Positions 58,698-64,000 of a stretch of DNA of 64,000 nucleotides are shown one piece after another. Positions within the stretch are counted from its first letter, which is position 1, and every line of letters begins with the position of its first letter. The DNA comes from Chloroflexota bacterium (GTDB lineage: Bacteria; Chloroflexota; UBA11872). The stretch is from NCBI GenBank assembly GCA_965247475.1, contig OZ252016.1:807971-871970 (forward strand). Reading direction: 5' to 3'. Position numbers and translations under genes: made by a program. The notes under the pieces were generated by a model. That model did no database searches and had not been told where the DNA came from. It worked only from the letters and a program-made list of their open reading frames with translations.

Positions 58698-59362
58698 CCC
58701 GAGGCTCCCGCCCGCGCGTCGGCAGCCGCCAGACAGCCGAGCAGTGCCTCATTGATCCAGGTCCGATACTTCACGCTCGCGGCCTCGTCGGCGGCCTCGT
58801 CGGCGGCCCCGACGGCGGCCTTGGCGGCGGCCCCGGGCGGCCCAGGCGGCGTCCGCGGCGGCGGCCTCGGCGGCGTCCGCGGCGGCGTCCTTGGCGGCGG
58901 CCAGCGCCTCGTCGGTGATCGCACCCTGCACCCATCGCCGCTTCGCCTCGATGGCTTTCCGCGGACGGTCATCGTCGGGATGGGCTCGCTCGAAGATCGG
59001 CAGCACGTCCTCGGCGATGGCACAGGCCAGGCGGTGCAGCGTGTCGGTTACATCGACCGCCTGGAGCAGCGTGCGCCGGCGGCTCACTTGCTTGTCGGCG
59101 TCGGACGCCACCGGCCGCGAGACGTCAACCACGCACAGCATCGGACCCGGCGTGTAGGTGAGCGCATCGGCCGGCGTCGGGCTCGAATGGAACCCGCGCT
59201 CACAGAGCGCCACATCACCCTTCACGCGCCGGGTCTGCCCGACGCTCTACGGCTTCGGCGTGCCGTACTCCGAGGTCATGTCGGCGCGCAGGAAGTGGTA
59301 GGCCTTCACGCCACCGCCACGGGTGATCCCGAGGCTCCCGCCCGCGCGTCGGCAGCCGCCAG
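58690..59362. repeat. 43-bp direct repeat pair (58690-58732 and 59320-59362, one mismatch)
   Basis: CGGGT[C/G]ATCCCGAGGCTCCCGCCCGCGCGTCGGCAGCCGCCAG, copies 630 bp apart. Confidence 0.95.
58694..59309 (-). pseudogene. Phage Ala-rich protein with Imm5-like domain; nonsense codon and frameshift
   Basis: GTG 59309 MKAYHFL..., in-frame TAG at 59247-59249, CERGFH, AEDVLPIFE..P.DDRPRKAIEA, +1 shift near 58831-58835. Confidence 0.8.
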
Positions 59363-59581
59363 CACCCGCTCCCGCTCCTTCTGGGCAGCGCGCTCGGCCG
59401 CTTCGAGAAGGTCGAGCGCGGCGGTGACATTGGCCTCGAAGTCAGGGGGTGCCGGGCGGCGGCCATGCATGATGGCGCTCAGCAGGCTTGGGTCCATCCT
59501 CAGCTCGTGTGCGAGAGCACCACGCCGCACACCGATCTCGGCAATGCGGCCCCGGAATCGCCGAATCCCGTCGGAAATCAG
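59306..59581 (-). CDS. Cro-like HTH regulator
   Basis: HTH pattern LAHELRMDPSLLSAIMHGRR; divergent from CI; GGAGGT RBS precedes a CTG at 59581. Confidence 0.75.
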   Translation of the reverse strand: MISDGIRRFRGRIAEIGVRRGALAHELRMDPSLLSAIMHGRRPAPPDFEANVTAALDLLEAAERAAQKERERVLAAADARAGASGSPVAVA

Positions 59582-59596
59582 TAGGCACCTCCAGTT

Positions 59597-59636
59597 GTCA
59601 GTGCGCACAAGTTACCACTGACGCCTAGTCTGTCAA
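59597..59636 (-). promoter_or_regulatory. Lytic-direction sigma70 promoter with candidate operator
   Basis: TTGACA-16 nt-TAACTT with TGn extension; inverted repeat GTCAGTG-N12-CACTGAC overlaps the -10 box. Confidence 0.7.
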
Positions 59637-59660
59637 ATCGTTTTTTTGGAAGCTCTACAT

Positions 59661-60350
59661 ATGCCAAGGTCCTCTGCCGACCCAGTTGTGGCCGAAAATA
59701 TCCGAGCCGTGCTTGACGCTCGAGGGCGCTCGGCCTACTCGGTGGCGACAGCCATCGGGCGTGCGCCGAACTGGCTCTATCGCGTCGTCAATGGGAAGGT
59801 CGGCATCCTCCTCCCAACCCTTCGAGAGGTTGCCGCTGAGCTAGGCGTGTCGGTCGGGTCGCTGGTCGATCCGCCCCACGCCAATGGCCAAGCACCTGAA
59901 GTCGTTGACCAGCTAGCCGCCGCCGAATCCGCCCCGCCCTACAGCCCGGAGTCCCGCCATATCGAGGTCGTCGAGCTCGCCGCGGCGGCTGGCTCAGGCG
60001 CTGAGGTCTACGACGAGACGGTCGTGAGCCGCCTGGCCTTCCGCGCCGGGTGGCTCGCGGCACACGGCATCGACGCGGCGCAGTGCAACGTCATTCGCGT
60101 CGCGGGGGATTCCATGGAGCCGACGCTGCCGGACGGCTGCTCGATCCTGGTGGACCGCAGCCGCCGTGAGCCGCGCGAGGATGAGATCTTCGTGCTTAAA
60201 AGCGAGGACGGCCTGGTCGTGAAGCGCCTCGGCAAGGACGCGAAAGGCCGCTGGCAGCTCCTGAGCGACAATCCGGCGAATCCACCCGCGCCGCTGCTCT
60301 ACGGGGCCGAGATCATCGGCGAGGCTCGATGGATGGGGCGGTCGTTGTGA
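59661..60350 (+). CDS. CI/LexA-like repressor with S24 peptidase domain
   Basis: N-terminal HTH, AAG cleavage site, GDSMEPTL, VVKRL, IIG. Confidence 0.92.
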   Translation: MPRSSADPVVAENIRAVLDARGRSAYSVATAIGRAPNWLYRVVNGKVGILLPTLREVAAELGVSVGSLVDPPHANGQAPEVVDQLAAAESAPPYSPESRHIEVVELAAAAGSGAEVYDETVVSRLAFRAGWLAAHGIDAAQCNVIRVAGDSMEPTLPDGCSILVDRSRREPREDEIFVLKSEDGLVVKRLGKDAKGRWQLLSDNPANPPAPLLYGAEIIGEARWMGRSL

Positions 60351-60437
60351 AGCGGGGCAGATACGCCTTCCGGTAAGCTCGTCTGAGTTTCCAGCGGCGC
60401 TGTTGGGGCCGCCACCTGTCGGCGAGGGGCTGCAGCT

Positions 60438-61667
60438 TTGTCACGGGCTTCTCGTGTCACCCTCCTGTTCACAACGCTCGCCGTCGCCTTTTCCGTCAGT
60501 GTCAGTGCCGTGTTTGCGCAGTGGCCGACCTCGTGCGTTGAGCTCAACGATATCGTCGAACGCCATCGCCGCCACGAGCAGAATGTCGGGATCTACCAGC
60601 GGGCGTACGGCGACCAGGCGGAGGCCGCCTGTCAGGCCGACCACCGCGCGGATGTACAGGCCGCGTTCTGGTGGGCGCTGGATGGGATCGCGCCGCCCCA
60701 GGCCGCCGACGAGGTCCCCTGGCCGACGACCTGCGTTGACCTCAACGACATTGTCGAGGCGCACCATGGAAACGACGGCAATGTTGGGATCTATCAGCGG
60801 ACGTTTGGCAACCAGGCCGAAGCCACCTGCCGGGCCGACCACTGGGGCGACGTGCGCCAGACGTTCTGGTGGGCCGTCACGGCGCCGCTTCCCCCTCCAG
60901 CGCCGACGCCAGCACCAGCACCAGCGCCCACGCCGACTGATAACCCCGCCTACGAGGTCGTCCGACAGGTCGCGATTGCCCGAGGAGCGGCAGTTGATCT
61001 CGCGGCGACGATCGCCGCTGATGTTGTCGGGCGCGGGACCGTCGACGCGTTCCTGCATGGGACCGATGACAGCGTCCTCTATGGGCGCTACGACTGCCAG
61101 TGGCATAGCGCCGCGTGTCCGCTGGCCCCTGAGCGGCCGGCGCCTCCGCCGGGACCGCAGATCGATCCAGCCTTGCAACCGGCGTGGGACCTCATGCTGC
61201 GGGTGGTGCTCCCGGGCGACCCGCCGACGCGCATGGGAACCGGCCCGCTCACCGTTGTGCTGGACTGGTCGCTGCCCGCCGACACCAACGCGAACTATTC
61301 CCCGAGTGCCCACACCATCTACATCAACGGGGCGCTGCGCTACGAACGGACGGAGGCGCTTGCCGCGCTGCTGGCGCATGAGGTGTGGCATTCGGTGTCG
61401 CCGATCCCACACCCTCGAGATTTTGAGGCGTGCGTTGCCGACGAAGTCTGGGCCTTCATCATCGAAGCCGTTGTGTGGTTTGAGCTCGGTGGCTTTGACC
61501 GGCCCGCCTCGACGCGGTTAGAAGGAGGGCTCAACCGCTTAATCCAGGTTCTTGTTGAAGAGGATCCCTGGGGCGCCATCGACTACGACACCGACGTGTC
61601 GGACTGGCCCCGTATGCGCGACCACGTGCTCTTCGATCGAGGCTACGTCCAAAGTTGTGCGGCGTGA
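60438..61667 (+). CDS. Secreted protein with two ~53-aa Cys-containing repeats, Pro-rich linkers and a HEXXH metallopeptidase-like domain
   Basis: Signal peptide ending VFA; WPT.CV.LNDIVE...NVGIYQR...FWWA twice; LLAHEVWH...DE. Confidence 0.8.
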   Translation: MSRASRVTLLFTTLAVAFSVSVSAVFAQWPTSCVELNDIVERHRRHEQNVGIYQRAYGDQAEAACQADHRADVQAAFWWALDGIAPPQAADEVPWPTTCVDLNDIVEAHHGNDGNVGIYQRTFGNQAEATCRADHWGDVRQTFWWAVTAPLPPPAPTPAPAPAPTPTDNPAYEVVRQVAIARGAAVDLAATIAADVVGRGTVDAFLHGTDDSVLYGRYDCQWHSAACPLAPERPAPPPGPQIDPALQPAWDLMLRVVLPGDPPTRMGTGPLTVVLDWSLPADTNANYSPSAHTIYINGALRYERTEALAALLAHEVWHSVSPIPHPRDFEACVADEVWAFIIEAVVWFELGGFDRPASTRLEGGLNRLIQVLVEEDPWGAIDYDTDVSDWPRMRDHVLFDRGYVQSCAA

Positions 61668-61685
61668 AGGCGGCAGGGGCGCCGG

Positions 61686-62978
61686 TCACGCCGCATCGAC
61701 CCGCACCCGCGGCACGCTGGCCCGGTCGTCCAGATACAGGGGCCAGAGGCCGGTGATCCCATGCGCCCGGTGGACGCAGAAGAGCTTCTGGCTGGGCACC
61801 GAGTTCGCCGCGAGCTCGCGCTGGCTGTACATCGACCCCCCGGGCCAGGCGCCATTGACGAGGATGTCGCCGGACGCCATTTCCAGCCAGGCGCGCGTGT
61901 GAAAGTGGCCGATGCACATCGTGTCGAAGGCGACGCCTGAGAGATCCGCCGGCAAGCGCGCCTGCACCATCTGGAACATCTGGGTGTGCTTGCGAATGGT
62001 GCCGTAGAGCGGGATTCCGGCCCAGCCGCGAATGTTGTCCCCGTGCATGAGCAGGAAGCGGTGCCCTTGGCGTTCCACCAGCTGCCACCAGGCGTCGGTC
62101 GGGTGCCACACGATCCGCTCCTGGTCGCGCAGCAACGTCGCCATGAACTGCTCGCAGATCCAGTCGAAGGACATGGTGGGCGGCGCCGCGCTGCGGCCGA
62201 AGGTCATGCGGCCGTGGTTGCCGCGGACCGGGTAGATATGGATGGACTCGAAGTAGGGCAACCAGCCCGCCACCATGCGGGCGAGCACGGCGGGCACATG
62301 CACGACCTGGAGCGCGACGTGTTGGTCGATCTCGTGGTGCTGGCCCTTGAAGATCTCCTGCCCTTCGATCAGATCCCCCAAGCAGAAGATGTTCAGCCGG
62401 CGGACGTGGCTCCCGTACTTGTCCTTGATGCTGACGAGCCGTTCGTGGAGACGGGTGGCGCGTTGATGGAACGTGCCCGAGTCGTAGCTTGAGAGTCCCC
62501 CGGTTTCGGAGGCGCGGATATAGGACCCGCCGTGTACATCGCTGAGTAACAGCACCATTTCTTCCTCGGACGTCTCGCCGGCAACCGTGGACGCGCGCAT
62601 CGGCTGGGTCGGGATGGCGGGCACCAACGGTGTGAGGGCAGCCACCACCGTGTCCGCCCATGAGGTCTCGTCGAGATGGCGCTTCTGGGCCTTCCGGAGG
62701 GCTCGCACCTCTTGCGTGAGCCGGTGCTCGCGGCCTTCGTCACGCGGGGGCGGCGGCGGACGAATCCGTGCCGCCGCGGCGTCGCGCGCCGCATAGGTGC
62801 GGGCTCGCGTCTCCGCGCTCTTGCGCCGCCGGCCGGCCGGGAAGTGCCGGGCGGCGTTGACCAGCGAGCTCGTGGTGATCCCGTAGGCCTCCGCGAGCTC
62901 GTGGTTGGTGCGGTCGGGGTACGACGCCCGGATCGCCGCCTTGTCGGCGTCGGCGAGCTGGCCCCAGGTGGTCGTCAT
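61686..62978 (-). CDS. Calcineurin-like metallophosphoesterase with N-terminal HTH-like region
   Basis: SDVH, GDLIEG, GNHGR, HGD, GHFH. Confidence 0.88.
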   Translation of the reverse strand: MTTTWGQLADADKAAIRASYPDRTNHELAEAYGITTSSLVNAARHFPAGRRRKSAETRARTYAARDAAAARIRPPPPPRDEGREHRLTQEVRALRKAQKRHLDETSWADTVVAALTPLVPAIPTQPMRASTVAGETSEEEMVLLLSDVHGGSYIRASETGGLSSYDSGTFHQRATRLHERLVSIKDKYGSHVRRLNIFCLGDLIEGQEIFKGQHHEIDQHVALQVVHVPAVLARMVAGWLPYFESIHIYPVRGNHGRMTFGRSAAPPTMSFDWICEQFMATLLRDQERIVWHPTDAWWQLVERQGHRFLLMHGDNIRGWAGIPLYGTIRKHTQMFQMVQARLPADLSGVAFDTMCIGHFHTRAWLEMASGDILVNGAWPGGSMYSQRELAANSVPSQKLFCVHRAHGITGLWPLYLDDRASVPRVRVDAA

Positions 62979-63601
62979 TCACCGGCCGCCTGGGCCTGCG
63001 CCACCATCTCGCAGGTCTCGGCGTAGCCGGCGATGTCCACGCGGTTGTCGCGCGTGGGCCGGTGCAGCTCGCGGCTGATCTTCAGCCCGCACATCATGAG
63101 GGCGACGACCCGCGGGTCGAGATCAGGAACGTCGATCGACACGCCGTGGGTCCGCAGCCAGCGCTCGAGGATCGACGACCAGATGCGGCCGGTGCACGCG
63201 AAGTCCACGGACGGATGCCCGTACGCCTCGTGTCGATCGCCGTGGACGATCCGCTGCGCTTCTTGCAGCGCCGTCTCGGGCTCAAGCGGGAGCCCGGACC
63301 GAGCGTCGAGGACGTCCAGCCCGAGTTCACCGGCGATGGCGTGCTCCAGCCGCGCACCCGCGGAGTCCTGCCAACCGGGCAGCATCGCGATCGCGTCGAC
63401 CGTCAGCAGGTGTTCGAGATCCGTGCGCATGTAGTCTGATCGCGGTCGTGACGCGTCGCCCCCAAAGCTCTCGGCCGGATTGACCACACCCCACCCCAGC
63501 GCGCGCCACTGCTGCGCCGCCGCGCCGAACGCCGGGTAGTTGTAGTTCGGCGCTCCGGTCATCGGGCCGGAGATGTAGACGCGCGGGTGCCGGTCAGCCA
63601 C
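62975..63601 (-). CDS. DUF4406 (nucleoside deoxyribosyltransferase-like) fused to a DUF6378-like domain
   Basis: VYISGPMTG.P.YNYPAF, NPAE, LPGW..S.GARLE; second domain GDR..AYGHP..DF, LKISR, DN.VDIAGY. Confidence 0.82.
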   Translation of the reverse strand: MADRHPRVYISGPMTGAPNYNYPAFGAAAQQWRALGWGVVNPAESFGGDASRPRSDYMRTDLEHLLTVDAIAMLPGWQDSAGARLEHAIAGELGLDVLDARSGLPLEPETALQEAQRIVHGDRHEAYGHPSVDFACTGRIWSSILERWLRTHGVSIDVPDLDPRVVALMMCGLKISRELHRPTRDNRVDIAGYAETCEMVAQAQAAGE

Positions 63602-63612
63602 GCAGGCCGCCC

Positions 63613-64000
63613 TCAATACACCAGGGCGCGGGGCACGAATCCCCAATGCGCCTCGACGCCGTTGTCGTAGATGTCCTCGATGTCGGCGCCGGTGAGCACC
63701 TCATCGGTGATAAACACATCGTCCACGTATCCGTCCAGACTCCACCCTGCCCTCGCGCGGAGCCGGCCAATCTCGAGATCGTTGGTCGGGGCGCCCAAGC
63801 CCGCGGTGTGGGCGGCGTTGGCCTTGTCAACCGCGTCCACCCAGATGCGGACGGTGTTCGCGTCGGCGTCGTGGACCCCAACCACGTGGTACCAGGTGTC
63901 GAGGGCCGGACGGATGTCCGAATGCACTTGCGTGAGGCTGGACGACGCGGCGGCGGCCACGTAGAACTCCCCGGTTAGCTGGTTGACGCTGACGGAGAAC
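63613..64000 (-). CDS. LamG/concanavalin A-like domain protein, C-terminal part (probable virion protein)
   Basis: WYHVVGV.D, RIWVD, LEIG, DGYVDDV; frame open to the window end. Confidence 0.8.
   Translation of the reverse strand, partial: FSVSVNQLTGEFYVAAAASSSLTQVHSDIRPALDTWYHVVGVHDADANTVRIWVDAVDKANAAHTAGLGAPTNDLEIGRLRARAGWSLDGYVDDVFITDEVLTGADIEDIYDNGVEAHWGFVPRALVY

Larger units (their letters stand above)
53749..64000. mobile_element. Prophage or prophage remnant (early region, immunity switch, end of late region); continues beyond the window
   Basis: Coupled phage-type genes (Cro/CI, AAA ATPase, initiator, DnaB, DUF5131, DUF4406, LamG); no integrase seen. Confidence 0.88.

Noticed and set aside
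59247-59249. TAG stop-codon reassignment in the phage
   Set aside because: The AAA ATPase gene ends at a TAG, other phage genes have no internal TAG, and the same gene also carries a frameshift.
58690-59362. Diversity-generating retroelement TR/VR pair
   Set aside because: Only 43 bp with one C/G mismatch (not adenine-specific), and no reverse transcriptase in the window.

Overview
High-GC bacterial chromosomal window. Gene content (LCP protein, GT-C glycosyltransferases, Tat-type solute-binding lipoprotein, paralogous enolase- and DHDPS-family enzymes) suggests a Chloroflexota genome, by inference only. Positions 1-53.6 kb are host DNA: the 5' part of a type ISP/IIG restriction-modification gene; sugar-acid catabolic enzymes; an ABC exporter; a MacAB-like system whose 969-aa adaptor carries two matched 21-nt repeat tracts; rpmG-secE-nusG-rplK-rplA-(L10 leader)-rplJ-rplL; a glycosyltransferase/flippase/LCP cluster; an apionate-lactonase-like gene; tRNA-Thr(CGT); and a DUF5678-like plus frameshifted aspartyl protease pair. 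From about 53.75 kb to the end is a temperate-phage region: truncated DUF5131 gene, DnaB-like helicase, replication initiator with an internal iteron array, AAA ATPase, Fic protein, a pseudogene cassette flanked by a 43-bp direct repeat, a Cro/CI switch, a secreted repeat-domain HEXXH protein, a metallophosphoesterase, a DUF4406-type fusion and a LamG-domain protein. No integrase is visible. All family assignments come from motif recognition by eye, not database searches.
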